A DNA stretch of 64,000 nucleotides, taken from contig JAENWK010000001.1 of the NCBI GenBank assembly GCA_016650045.1, positions 17,094 through 81,093 of the forward strand. The letters run 5' to 3'. Positions 48,247 to 58,161 of this stretch are shown one piece after another; within the stretch, counting starts at the first letter, position 1; each line of letters opens with the position of its first letter. Origin of the DNA: Eubacteriaceae bacterium. Lineage in GTDB: Bacteria > Bacillota > Clostridia > Eubacteriales > Eubacteriaceae. The notes beneath the pieces are model-generated. The model saw only the letters and a program-made list of their open reading frames with translations. It made no database searches and was not told where the DNA came from. A program made the position numbers and the translations under genes.

Positions 48247-48318
48247 AAGAGTTCGTGTATATGAAGATTTCGGATTATATAAGAGCAGCGACTTATAAAA
48301 AAACGCAAAAAAAAAAGC

Positions 48319-48347
48319 TTGACATTGTTTTTGAAAGGTCGTATAAT
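48319..48347 (+). promoter_or_regulatory. tRNA operon promoter P2 (consensus)
   Basis: TTGACA, 17 nt, TATAAT, preceded by an A-tract (UP-like), 40 nt upstream of tRNA-Leu. Confidence 0.75.
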
Positions 48348-48386
48348 AACACTTGTCCCTCGAGAGAGCGGCGAAACGAAATTAAT

Positions 48387-48474
48387 GCCGGAGTGGCGGA
48401 ACTGGCAGACGCACAGGACTTAAAATCCTGCGATCCTAACGATCGTACCGGTTCAATTCCGGTCTTCGGCACCA
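48387..48474 (+). tRNA. tRNA-Leu (anticodon UAA)
   Basis: 88 nt. Cloverleaf folded by hand: acceptor gccggag/cttcggc, anticodon loop cttaaaa, long variable arm, T-loop ttcaatt, encoded CCA. Confidence 0.9.
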
Positions 48475-48496
48475 CTTTTTACAATCAATTAAACAT

Positions 48497-48573
<77 letters not shown>

Positions 48574-48594
48574 AATTAAAAAACACTTACTTAT

Positions 48595-48671
48595 GGCGGC
48601 GTAGCTCAGTTGGCTAGAGCATACGGTTCATACCCGTAGTGTCGGCGGTTCGACTCCGTTCGCCGCTACCA
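48595..48671 (+). tRNA. elongator tRNA-Met (CAU)
   Basis: 77 nt. Closely resembles the B. subtilis elongator Met tRNA (ggcgg.gtagctcag.tggctagagc.tacggttcatacccg). A lysidine-modified Ile2 identity is not formally excluded. Confidence 0.8.
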
Positions 48672-48696
48672 TAAATTTAAAATACAAACATTATAT

Positions 48697-48771
48697 GGCC
48701 CCTTGGTCAAGCGGTTAAGACACCGCCCTTTCACGGCGGTAACAGGGGTTCAAGTCCCCTAGGGGTCACCA
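48697..48771 (+). tRNA. tRNA-Glu (UUC)
   Basis: 75 nt. Anticodon loop ctttcac, encoded CCA. Confidence 0.9.
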
Positions 48772-48858
48772 AAAAAAGAATTTGTTGAAAATACAGCTCA
48801 TATCACAGTGATGAGCGAAAAGAATTCGAATCATTAATTAAATAATAAAATATTTCGT

Positions 48859-48934
48859 GGTCGCATAGCTCAGCTGGGAGAGCACCTGCCTTACAAGCAG
48901 GGGGTCATAGGTTCGAGCCCTATTGCGACCACCA
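48859..48934 (+). tRNA. tRNA-Val (UAC)
   Basis: 76 nt. Acceptor ggtcgca/tgcgacc, anticodon loop cttacaa, encoded CCA. Confidence 0.9.
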
Positions 48935-48968
48935 TTTTTTTAAGAGAATTTGTTGAAGTGGTGATACC

Positions 48969-50375
48969 ATGGATAAAAAAGTAATCAACTATATTAAAGA
49001 ACAGAAAATTTTAGCAGCTGGCGATCATGTCCTCATCGGAGTATCCGGTGGAGCGGATTCGCTGGCTTTATTATATTTTTTGGAGAAATACGCCAGCGAC
49101 TTTGGAATCAGTATTGGGGTTGCCCATTTGCACCATGGTCTTCGAGGAGCAGCGGCAGATGCGGATGAAGACTTTGTTAGAATCTTCAGCCAGTCTGCCG
49201 GGATTCCTTTTTTTTCAAGAAAACGGGATATTTGCAAAATCTCAGCTGAAGAAAAGATATCCATTGAAGAAGCGGGGCGTAATGAACGGTATGATTTTTT
49301 TCAGCAGATTGCCATTGAAAATGGCTATAACCGTATTGCCATGGGGCACCATATTAATGATCAGGCAGAAACCCTGTTAATGCGATTGATTCGAGGCACT
49401 GGCATCAAAGGGGTCTCAGGAATTAAATCCGTCAGAGATGGCCTTTTTATACGTCCGTTTTTGTGTTTGGAAAAGAAAGAGATTATTGACTATTGCGAGA
49501 AAAATCATTTGGCTTACCGCACAGACGCAACTAATTTTCAAAAAGATTTTACCCGAAATAAGATTCGCCTGGATATCATGCCAATGATTCGGGAAATCAA
49601 CCCCAAAGCAGAAGTTCATTTTAATGAGTTCACAAAAATTGCACTTGAGTATGAGGCGTTTTTTGAAGATTACGTTAATATGGTTCAAAAGCGACTTCTT
49701 AGTGTGGACGGCAAAACGGTGTTTATTGATCGGGATCAATGGCTTTTGGAAAAGCCCGTGGTCCAAAAAGAAATATTACGTTGTGCTATCTATAAATTTA
49801 AGGGTAGTTTAATGGAAATTGAGTACAATCATATCACTGCTTTTTACAGTTTACTAAAAAGCGAGAAAACAATATGGGAACTCCACTTACCCAATGATAT
49901 TCGTCTTAGTCGGCGCTATGAACGGGTTATGGTGGAAAAAAAAGAAGATGTAATCACAAAATCCATAGAACCCATAGAAATTTTGGTCAATAAAACATGG
50001 ATTTTTGCAGCACAACGGTTAATTTTGGAAACAAAAGTAATCAATCAGCAAGAATTTAAGAAAATTTCTTGTTTTTTTTCAAAAGAAATTAAAAATCATA
50101 GTGAAAAATATTTTGATTATGATAAAATAGGGTGCGTACTCAATTTGCGTAGTCGAAAGTCAGGCGATTTTTTTCATCCCGTAGGGGTTTCTGGAAAGAA
50201 AATGATAAAAAAATATTTTATTGACAAAAAAATTGATCGGAATTTACGGGATGGGATTCCTCTTCTAGCCATGAATTCAGAAATACTCTGGATTATTGGT
50301 TATGGCATTAATGAACGGCTATTGGCGGATTCGGATACAAAAAATATTTTAAAGGTCAATGCTACCTTATGTTAG
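48969..50375 (+). CDS. tilS: tRNA(Ile)-lysidine synthase
   Basis: PP-loop GVSGGADSLAL. 468 aa. Followed by hpt and ftsH as in other Firmicutes. Confidence 0.9.
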   Translation: MDKKVINYIKEQKILAAGDHVLIGVSGGADSLALLYFLEKYASDFGISIGVAHLHHGLRGAAADADEDFVRIFSQSAGIPFFSRKRDICKISAEEKISIEEAGRNERYDFFQQIAIENGYNRIAMGHHINDQAETLLMRLIRGTGIKGVSGIKSVRDGLFIRPFLCLEKKEIIDYCEKNHLAYRTDATNFQKDFTRNKIRLDIMPMIREINPKAEVHFNEFTKIALEYEAFFEDYVNMVQKRLLSVDGKTVFIDRDQWLLEKPVVQKEILRCAIYKFKGSLMEIEYNHITAFYSLLKSEKTIWELHLPNDIRLSRRYERVMVEKKEDVITKSIEPIEILVNKTWIFAAQRLILETKVINQQEFKKISCFFSKEIKNHSEKYFDYDKIGCVLNLRSRKSGDFFHPVGVSGKKMIKKYFIDKKIDRNLRDGIPLLAMNSEILWIIGYGINERLLADSDTKNILKVNATLC

Positions 50376-50384
50376 GAGAAAAAT

Positions 50385-50921
50385 GTGAGAGCCGATATAC
50401 AGGAAATTTTGCTTGATGAAGAAGCATTGGAAAAGCGTGTCAGCGAGCTGGGAGCAAAAATTTCAGAGGAATATTTTGGAAAGAATCCTATTCTTATTGG
50501 GATTCTCAAGGGAAGTGCTGTTTTCTTATCAGATTTAATGCGCAAGATTACCATTCCAGTTGAAATTGATTTTTTAAAAGCATCCAGTTACGGGTCTGCT
50601 GCCCAAAGCTGTGGAGTTGTTCAACTTGAAAATGATTTGTCCATAGAGGTTAAAAACCGGACTATAATTTTAGTTGAAGATATTGTGGATACAGGAAACA
50701 CCGTAAAATATCTTTTAGAACGGTTTTCAGGCCTGGGAGCTGCCGATGTTAAAATTTGTTCACTCCTAAACAAAAAAGGGCGCCGGGAACAAATTGTGGC
50801 TCCTGATTATATCGGATTTGAAATTCCCAATGCCTTTGTGGTGGGCTACGGACTGGATTATGCACAAAAATATCGAAATTTACCCTATATTGGCATTCTA
50901 AAAAAAGAAATATACCAATAA
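50385..50921 (+). CDS. hpt: hypoxanthine phosphoribosyltransferase
   Basis: GTG start. PRPP motif ILVEDIVDTGNT. Confidence 0.9.
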   Translation: MRADIQEILLDEEALEKRVSELGAKISEEYFGKNPILIGILKGSAVFLSDLMRKITIPVEIDFLKASSYGSAAQSCGVVQLENDLSIEVKNRTIILVEDIVDTGNTVKYLLERFSGLGAADVKICSLLNKKGRREQIVAPDYIGFEIPNAFVVGYGLDYAQKYRNLPYIGILKKEIYQ

Positions 50922-50973
50922 TGACTAAAAAAATAGAGAAAAGAAAAAATATTATGAGAGAGGGTGATGTGCT

Positions 50974-52818
50974 TTGAATAAATACCTAAAAATGATTGGG
51001 TTTTACTTAGCAATTTTGTTAATTATTATTGTTGCAGTGACCTTTTTAAATCCCACTAAAAATGAGGTTAAAACCATTGTATACAGTGAACTGCTGACCG
51101 AGCTTCAAAATAATCAAGTGACGGAAATTGAGATTAATAACTCAGATGTAAAAGGTGTGCTCAGAAATGGGGAGCAGTTTGAAGCAGTAGTACCACAATA
51201 TATTATTGATCAGCAGGTGACACCGTATATATTACAGAATAATGTGAAGGTAACCATTGCCAAACAGCAGGATTCATGGTGGATCTCATTGATACCATCG
51301 GTGGTCATTATTATTTTGATGGTGGTGTTTTTCCTTGTCTTCAGCCAACAGGCTGGCGGCGGTGGCGGCAAAGTGATGTCATTTGGAAAAAGCAAGGCAA
51401 AGCTTCATGTGGAAGGTGACACAAAAGTTACCTTTAAAGATGTGGCGGGTGCCGATGAGGAAAAAGAAGAGCTGGAAGAAGTAGTTGATTTCTTAAAATC
51501 TCCGGATCGATATAGAAAATTGGGCGCCCGAATTCCAAAAGGGATCCTTTTAATCGGACCTCCGGGTACAGGGAAAACCCTTCTTGCCCGTGCCGTTGCC
51601 GGGGAAGCCGCAGTGCCCTTTTTCACCATTAGTGGTTCTGATTTTGTGGAAATGTTTGTTGGTGTTGGGGCATCTCGAGTAAGAGATCTCTTTGAAAACG
51701 CCAAGAAAAGTGCCCCTTGTATTTTGTTTATTGATGAAATTGATGCTGTTGGGCGTCATCGTGGTGCCGGACTTGGTGGTGGACATGATGAACGTGAACA
51801 GACGCTCAACCAACTATTGGTTGAAATGGATGGTTTTGGTATTAATGAAGGTATCATTGTCATTGCTGCTACCAATCGTCCGGATATTTTGGATCCTGCT
51901 TTGTTACGTCCAGGTCGCTTTGACCGTCAGGTAACAGTTGGCATCCCCGATGTCAAAGGTCGTGAGGAAATCCTTAATGTTCACAAAAAGGAAAAACCTT
52001 TGGCTCCAGAAGTGAGCTTAGGTGTGATTGCCAAAGGAACCCCAGGCTTTACCGGGGCAGATTTAGAAAACCTGATGAATGAAGCAGCTATTTTGACGGC
52101 CAGAAAAAATGGAAAATTAATTACCATGGTGGAGCTGGAAGAGGCCATTAAGCGAGTGATCGCCGGTCCTGAAAAGAAAAGCAAGGTGATGGTACAGGAA
52201 GATCTCGTCATCACGGCGTATCACGAAGCCGGCCATGCCATTGTCATGCATTTGCTACCCAATACTGACTCCGTACATGAAATCTCCATTGTTCCCCGAG
52301 GAATGGCAGCAGGTTATACCCTGTCATTGCCGGACACCGATGCTCAACACATGAGTAAAGGTAAACTTTTAGATATGGTGACCAGTCTTCTCGGAGGCCG
52401 GGCCGGTGAAAAGGTTGCTCTGGAAGATATTTGTACCGGTGCCAGCAATGACATCGAACGTGCCACCAGCCTAGCCAGAAGCATGGTTACTGAATGGGGA
52501 ATGAGCGAACATCTCGGTCCCATAACCTATGGACATCCTGAAAGCGGAGAAGTCTTTATGGGTCGGGATTTAGGCAGATCACGGAATTACAGTGAAGAAG
52601 TAGCAGCGGTTATTGATAAGGAAATTCGTACCATTGTCGAAAGTTCCTTTGATCGTGCCTGTTCTATTCTTGAAGAGAATAAAGAAAAGCTCGAAAAAGT
52701 TGCAACGCATCTCCTAACTGAACGCACCATTACCGGAGATGAATTCAGATCCATGTTCAAAGAAAATCATGTTGATGAAAAAATAGTCGAAGTTGAAATT
52801 GAATCAAAAATTGAATAA
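50974..52818 (+). CDS. ftsH: ATP-dependent zinc metalloprotease FtsH
   Basis: Two TM segments, AAA motifs GPPGTGKT and DEIDA, zinc site HEAGHA. Confidence 0.95.
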   Translation: MNKYLKMIGFYLAILLIIIVAVTFLNPTKNEVKTIVYSELLTELQNNQVTEIEINNSDVKGVLRNGEQFEAVVPQYIIDQQVTPYILQNNVKVTIAKQQDSWWISLIPSVVIIILMVVFFLVFSQQAGGGGGKVMSFGKSKAKLHVEGDTKVTFKDVAGADEEKEELEEVVDFLKSPDRYRKLGARIPKGILLIGPPGTGKTLLARAVAGEAAVPFFTISGSDFVEMFVGVGASRVRDLFENAKKSAPCILFIDEIDAVGRHRGAGLGGGHDEREQTLNQLLVEMDGFGINEGIIVIAATNRPDILDPALLRPGRFDRQVTVGIPDVKGREEILNVHKKEKPLAPEVSLGVIAKGTPGFTGADLENLMNEAAILTARKNGKLITMVELEEAIKRVIAGPEKKSKVMVQEDLVITAYHEAGHAIVMHLLPNTDSVHEISIVPRGMAAGYTLSLPDTDAQHMSKGKLLDMVTSLLGGRAGEKVALEDICTGASNDIERATSLARSMVTEWGMSEHLGPITYGHPESGEVFMGRDLGRSRNYSEEVAAVIDKEIRTIVESSFDRACSILEENKEKLEKVATHLLTERTITGDEFRSMFKENHVDEKIVEVEIESKIE

Positions 52819-52859
52819 TGCAGTAAAATAATAATAAAGCTGAAGTTTTATTATTAATA

Positions 52860-52907
52860 CCCTGTAGAATAGACAATGAAAATTCTATTCTACAGGGTGT
52901 TTTTTTA
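52860..52907 (+). terminator. intrinsic terminator after ftsH
   Basis: ccctgtagaataga...tctattctacaggg 14-bp stem followed by a T run. Confidence 0.85.
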
Positions 52908-53028
52908 TCATAATAGGGTAAGTTCATTAGTATATAAGGATATTCGGATGAAACCAGGAAATATTATTTGAAATTCCATGGGATTTGAAATATAATTAAT
53001 GGTAAGTTTTATTAAGGAGGCGCTTCGG

Positions 53029-53249
53029 ATGAAAATAATATTGATCGGCCAGGCTCTCTTTGAAAGGACTGCTTAGAGGCCTTGCAAAACCAGGAGAAGT
53101 TGTGGAAATATTAGAGGGAAAAAGTTTTAAAGTTGCAACGGTTGGAGGTTCAATTATTATTAAAAAATACAGCTTCCAGGCGAAAAAAAATGATAGCACA
53201 GGAATTTATTGAAAAAATTGGTTTAGAACAAGGCGAACAACTGAATTAA
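53029..53249 (+). pseudogene. relic of an fmt-like formyltransferase (N-terminal stub plus frameshifted C-terminal fragment)
   Basis: AAGGAGG then ATG 53029 gives MKIILIGQALFERTA-stop. A second frame reads GLLRGLAKPGEVVEILEGKSFKVATVGGSIIIKKYSFQAKK. After a shift in an A8 run it continues MIAQEFIEKIGLEQGEQLN-stop. Together these resemble the Fmt C-terminal domain (PG.V...G..VATG.....l...Q..GKK.M.a.eF..G....G..L). Confidence 0.55.
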
Positions 53250-53345
53250 TCATTTTTAGATTAATTAAAATAAGGCTAAATAGAGAAAACGGTTCTGGCA
53301 TTGGAAAATGATAGACAAACCGTTAAAAACCTGTCGGAGGACAAA

Positions 53346-54119
53346 ATGATTTTAGGAATTGATGTGGGAAATACGAATACAGAATTGGCAGTGCTTGAAG
53401 GGGATAAAATTCTTCATTCCTGGCGATTTGTTACAAAAACCCCGAGAACGTCAGATGAATATGGAGTGCTCATTAAATCCTTTTTTGAAAATAGTGGCAT
53501 TTTGTCTGAGGATATTACCCGAGCAATTATGGCTTCGGTGGTTCCAAATATTATGTATTCACTGAATAATGGGATAAAAAAATTCATTGGCCTGGAACCA
53601 ATGGTGGTGGGGCCAGGTATAAAAACAGGCATGCCCATTCATACCGCAGACCCTTCAGAGGTTGGAGCGGATCGGATTGTGGATGCGGTGGCTGCCTATA
53701 ATATTTATGGCGGACCGGTGATTGTCATCGATTTTGGTACCGCAACAACCTTTGATTATATTAATGCGCAGGGTGCTTTTTCAGCAGCAGTCACCACTCC
53801 GGGTATACAGATTTCCATTGATGCTCTATGGAAAAATGCGGCAATGCTGCCCAACATCGAAATAAAAAAACCCCCTTCCATTTTAGCTAAGGATACGGTA
53901 ACAAGTATGCAGGCTGGTTTGGTTTACGGATATATTGGCCAAGTTGAATATATTATCAAACAAATTAAAAAGGAAACAAAAACACCAGACATGAAGGTTG
54001 TGGCCACAGGCGGCTATGGTCGGCTTTTATATCAGGAAACAGATGCCATTGACGTATACGATCCGCAACTCTCACTTAAGGGACTAAAAATCATTTATGA
54101 TAAAAATTGCAAAGAGTAA
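53346..54119 (+). CDS. coaX: type III pantothenate kinase
   Basis: ATG 53346 follows GGAGG. MILGIDVGNTNT and DFGTATTFD motifs. Confidence 0.9.
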   Translation: MILGIDVGNTNTELAVLEGDKILHSWRFVTKTPRTSDEYGVLIKSFFENSGILSEDITRAIMASVVPNIMYSLNNGIKKFIGLEPMVVGPGIKTGMPIHTADPSEVGADRIVDAVAAYNIYGGPVIVIDFGTATTFDYINAQGAFSAAVTTPGIQISIDALWKNAAMLPNIEIKKPPSILAKDTVTSMQAGLVYGYIGQVEYIIKQIKKETKTPDMKVVATGGYGRLLYQETDAIDVYDPQLSLKGLKIIYDKNCKE

Positions 54120-54161
54120 GAACAGACGAAAATTACTTTTAAGGGAGATTTGCCAATCGGT

Positions 54162-55139
54162 ATGAGTGAAAGAACATTTAAAATAGGAAATATTAAGATT
54201 AAGACACCACTGATGTTAGGACCTATGGCAGGCTATACAAACTTACCTTTTCGCCTGATGTCGAAAGACTATGGCGCAGGGGTTGTTTTTACGGAAATGA
54301 TCAGTGGCAAGGGACTTTACTATAAAGATCACAAAACCGCTGAGCTCATGATGACCAGTGAAAAAGAAACACCGGCAGGAGTTCAAATTTTTGGGTCAGA
54401 CCCGGATATTCTTGGCGAAGTGGTGGAGCGGTATATTAATCTGACAGACCATGCTTTTCTTGATTTCAATGGCGGTTGTCCGGCACCGAAAATTACCAAA
54501 AATGGTGAAGGATCGGCACTGATGAAAACCCCTGATTTGTTTTTTAAGGTGGTTAAGGCCTTGGTCCTGGCATCCAACAAGCCCCTGATTGTGAAAACAA
54601 GAATTGGCTGGGATGAGGATTCCATTAATATTCGAGAAATTGCGGAAGGCATTGAAGAAGCAGGGGCAGCAGCCCTGACCATCCATGGAAGAACCCGGGA
54701 AGCCTATTATTCAGGTAAAGCCAATTGGGAGATTATTGAAGAGGTCAAGAGAAATGCCGGAATTCCTATTATTCTCAGCGGCGATATCGTCAGTGGCGAA
54801 TCTGCGAAAAAAGCCCTGGAAACCACAGGAGTGGATGGGCTAATGATTGGAAGAGCGGCTATTGGAAATTCTTTTATTTTTCGGGAAATAAATCACTATT
54901 TACAAACAGGTGAAGTTCTGGACAAACCCACGCCAGAGGAAAAAATAGACGCAGCACTCAGGCATATTGAATTATTATCCCTGCTGAAAAATGAGGAAGC
55001 AGGTCTTCGGGAAATGCGAAAACACCTGGCAGCCTATACTAAAGGCCTAAAACACTCCACGACACTGAGAAACGAGCTATTTCGAGCATCAGATAAGGCT
55101 TCGGTCATTCGCCTGTTAAAAGGGGCATTAGAAGAATAG
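54162..55139 (+). CDS. dus: tRNA-dihydrouridine synthase
   Basis: LGPMAGYTNLPFR, DFNGGCP (catalytic Cys) and HGRTR motifs. Confidence 0.9.
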   Translation: MSERTFKIGNIKIKTPLMLGPMAGYTNLPFRLMSKDYGAGVVFTEMISGKGLYYKDHKTAELMMTSEKETPAGVQIFGSDPDILGEVVERYINLTDHAFLDFNGGCPAPKITKNGEGSALMKTPDLFFKVVKALVLASNKPLIVKTRIGWDEDSINIREIAEGIEEAGAAALTIHGRTREAYYSGKANWEIIEEVKRNAGIPIILSGDIVSGESAKKALETTGVDGLMIGRAAIGNSFIFREINHYLQTGEVLDKPTPEEKIDAALRHIELLSLLKNEEAGLREMRKHLAAYTKGLKHSTTLRNELFRASDKASVIRLLKGALEE

Positions 55140-55318
55140 CTGATAACAAAAAAGGAGCTGTAAAAGTTCCTCGAGACTGTGGGGAAAGTAGACAAGTAAG
55201 TCCTGGGGACAATTGTAATATCAGGTGTCAGCATCATGGCGAACAGGCGATAGCCTGTTCGATCTTGCAGCAGACAACGATTTACCATGGTCCCCAGGAT
55301 GGGTTTGTCAACAAACTC

Positions 55319-55345
55319 AAAGGAGCTTTTGAAAGCTCCTTTTTC
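55319..55345. terminator. hairpin terminator in the dus/folC convergent gap
   Basis: aaaggagcttt / aaagctccttt perfect arms, with a T run on the plus strand. Lies 3 nt from the folC stop. Confidence 0.7.
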
Positions 55346-55347
55346 GG

Positions 55348-56649
55348 CTAGTTGACTAACAGTTTTCTGATTAAAGTTCGGGCTTCTCCGATCATATAAA
55401 GGGAGCCGACAAAAACGTTGACATCATCGGTTTCATTAAGATCAATGCTTTTTACCGCAGTATTCATGGTATCATAAAAATCAACGGACTTTTTATATGC
55501 CTCATGAATCAGTGCCGCCATTTCTTTTGCAGGCATGGCACGGTCGCTGTTTGGGGTAAGGGTATGAATCGTAGCCGCTATGGGTACTAAATAGGACAAG
55601 GATTCCTCAATGTCTTTATCTTCCAGCATTCCAAAATAAAGGTTTATTTTCTTTTTTGGAAAATACTGATTCATGTTTTGGACAAAGGCCTGGATACCAT
55701 TGCTGTTATGAGCACCATCAATAAGCACCACCGGGGATTCCAAAAATATTTCGAAGCGTCCCGGAAAAATCACCTGGGACAAGGCTTCTTCAATATGAAA
55801 ACGGTTAATCAAAAAGCCCTTCCTAATAAGCAGGCTAATGACTTCCAGTGCGGTAAGACAGTTCAGTGATTGGTGATTACCCAGGAGTTTCAATTGAAAC
55901 TCATCGATTGGAAGGGTATTTCCCAGGTACTTGAGTGTTTGAGACCGGGTGTTGAAGTCCATGATGGCAATATCATCGGGATTAACCAGTGTCACTGAGG
56001 CGTTTTTAGACTTAGCAAAGTCAAGGATGACTTTCATCGCTTCCGGGTCCTGGGGATAAACCACGACGTCAGAGCCTTCCTTAATAATGGAAGCTTTTTC
56101 AAAGGCAATTTCACCGATGGTCGTTCCCAGATAATCGGTATGATCACAGCTGATGCTCATAATAACAACCGTCAAAGGATCCTTTATGATATTGGTTGCA
56201 TCGAGACGTCCTCCCAAGCCAACCTCAAGAACCACAACATCAACCTGTTTTTCATAAAAATATTGGAGGCCGATGGCAGTCACCATTTCAAATTCTGTGG
56301 GATGGGGTTCGCCTTGTGCCAGGAGCACTTCAATGTGCTTTTTCACAAAAGCAGTGGCGGCAACCAGGCTATCATCATCAACAGGAACACTATTCAGTTG
56401 AATACGCTCATTAAACGATTCTAAAAAAGGGGATGTGAACAGCCCGGTCTTATACCCTGCTTCTTTTAAAATTCCGGCAATCATGGTTGAGGTAGAACCT
56501 TTACCATTGGTGCCGGCAATATGGATGAATTTAAGCTTGTCCTGGGGATTATCCATTTCGTTAAGCAGAAGACTCATGCTTTCAAGTCCGAGTCGGGTGC
56601 CAAACTTATGGGTTGATTCAATATATGTGATAGCTTCGGATACATTCAT
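55348..56649 (-). CDS. folC: bifunctional folylpolyglutamate synthase / dihydrofolate synthase
   Basis: HIAGTNGKGST P-loop. Mur-ligase fold. 433 aa. Confidence 0.9.
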   Translation of the reverse strand: MNVSEAITYIESTHKFGTRLGLESMSLLLNEMDNPQDKLKFIHIAGTNGKGSTSTMIAGILKEAGYKTGLFTSPFLESFNERIQLNSVPVDDDSLVAATAFVKKHIEVLLAQGEPHPTEFEMVTAIGLQYFYEKQVDVVVLEVGLGGRLDATNIIKDPLTVVIMSISCDHTDYLGTTIGEIAFEKASIIKEGSDVVVYPQDPEAMKVILDFAKSKNASVTLVNPDDIAIMDFNTRSQTLKYLGNTLPIDEFQLKLLGNHQSLNCLTALEVISLLIRKGFLINRFHIEEALSQVIFPGRFEIFLESPVVLIDGAHNSNGIQAFVQNMNQYFPKKKINLYFGMLEDKDIEESLSYLVPIAATIHTLTPNSDRAMPAKEMAALIHEAYKKSVDFYDTMNTAVKSIDLNETDDVNVFVGSLYMIGEARTLIRKLLVN

Positions 56650-56655
56650 TTTTAA

Positions 56656-57231
56656 TCAGTCCTCCTGAATGGGACAACAGGAAAGACATTTTTCTGTAAT
56701 CATATAGTCAACGCTTTTGTCATGAGCTTCCATGGGGATTTTTTCGAAAATAAAATCCTCACGAATCAGTGCGGCAGTAATGCAATCATCACTAATGGTT
56801 TCTAAAAAACGGTCATAATAGCCTCCGCCGAAACCCATACGATGGCCGGCTTTGGTAAATGCACAACCGGGAACCAAGACCAAATCAAGTTGTTTTGGAT
56901 CGATAATTCGGAGGCAATCTTCTCGAACTTCAAGAATACCATAATGCCCTTCTTCCAGATCTCCCGGGAAATTGATGATTTCTGATAATGTCACCGTGTG
57001 ATCTTCAATATTGCAAATAGGGGCCACAATATGTTTGCCATCAGCCAGAGCTTTTTTTATGAAATCATGGGTATTAATCTCTGTTCCAAAACTCACATAG
57101 GCCATGATCCATTCAGCATTTTTGTAAAGGTCGCTTTCTAAAAAAGTTTCTATAATAACAGCGTCGGTTGCAGCAGAGTAGGTTGCTTTACGACGTGCCA
57201 GGGTTTCTTTTCGAAATACACTTTTATCCAT
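56656..57231 (-). CDS. 5-formyltetrahydrofolate cyclo-ligase
   Basis: 191 aa. RKETLARR N-terminus and GFGGGYYDRFL motif. Confidence 0.85.
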   Translation of the reverse strand: MDKSVFRKETLARRKATYSAATDAVIIETFLESDLYKNAEWIMAYVSFGTEINTHDFIKKALADGKHIVAPICNIEDHTVTLSEIINFPGDLEEGHYGILEVREDCLRIIDPKQLDLVLVPGCAFTKAGHRMGFGGGYYDRFLETISDDCITAALIREDFIFEKIPMEAHDKSVDYMITEKCLSCCPIQED

Positions 57232-57431
57232 TTTTTCTCCTCAAAATAAAGTTTGTTTTTCGATAACATTATAACACAAAGGGTGCCTGAGTTAAAAATT
57301 TAAGAAGGAGAAATTTTATCCGAACTTTTTAGTTTAAAACAAGGATAAGTTAGATATAATGAAAGAAAACTGTTGAAAAAGTTTCATTATCAATACTCTT
57401 GAAAGAGTAATTAGGAAAAAGGTGTAATATT

Positions 57432-58103
57432 ATGAAGAGATTATTAATCGTTTGTGAGACCATCCGTAATGAGGTAGAGCTGGCACTGAAGAACCAGGCT
57501 GTGGAAATAGAGACCTTATGGATGCCAAATACCCTTCATGACTCACCGGAACGATTACGGGATGCTCTCCAGATTGAAATTAATAAGGCGGAAGAGGAAT
57601 ATGATGAGCTTCTTTTTGCCTATGGTAATTGTGGCAATGGTCTTTTGGGACTTAAAAGCACAAAGGCAACCATGATCATCCCAAAGTACGGGGATTGTAT
57701 CGATATTGTTCTAAGTGAAACAGCAAACCTGGAGCGTATTCGGACCACCACCTATTTTTTAACCGAGGGGTGGTTGAAGGGAGAAAAAACCCTGGATATC
57801 GAATACGAACGAAATTTAAAGAAGTACGGTGAACGCCGGGCGAAGATGATTATGAATATGATGTTTAAACATTACAAAAATTTAATGCTCATTGATACCG
57901 GTGCCTTTGATGTTAAAGAGACGCTTCCCCGGGTCAATGACATTGGCAAGCTCATTGGCTTAGAAGTGATTGTTAGGCAAGGAAGTATTTCACCTCTTAA
58001 AAAGCTCGTTTCAGGTCAATGGGATGAAAAATTCTGTGTCATTCCCCCGGGACGCCCCACCGATTACAACGATTTTCTGGGAATATCCATGAGAAAGCCT
58101 TAA
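57432..58103 (+). CDS. DUF1638 domain protein
   Basis: 223 aa. YGNCGNG, YGDCIDIVL and YFLTEGWL motifs as remembered for DUF1638. Function unknown. Confidence 0.6.
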   Translation: MKRLLIVCETIRNEVELALKNQAVEIETLWMPNTLHDSPERLRDALQIEINKAEEEYDELLFAYGNCGNGLLGLKSTKATMIIPKYGDCIDIVLSETANLERIRTTTYFLTEGWLKGEKTLDIEYERNLKKYGERRAKMIMNMMFKHYKNLMLIDTGAFDVKETLPRVNDIGKLIGLEVIVRQGSISPLKKLVSGQWDEKFCVIPPGRPTDYNDFLGISMRKP

Positions 58104-58161
58104 AATTAATTTAACAAATAACAGTACATAGTTATCATAACTATGTGCGAAAGGACGTATT

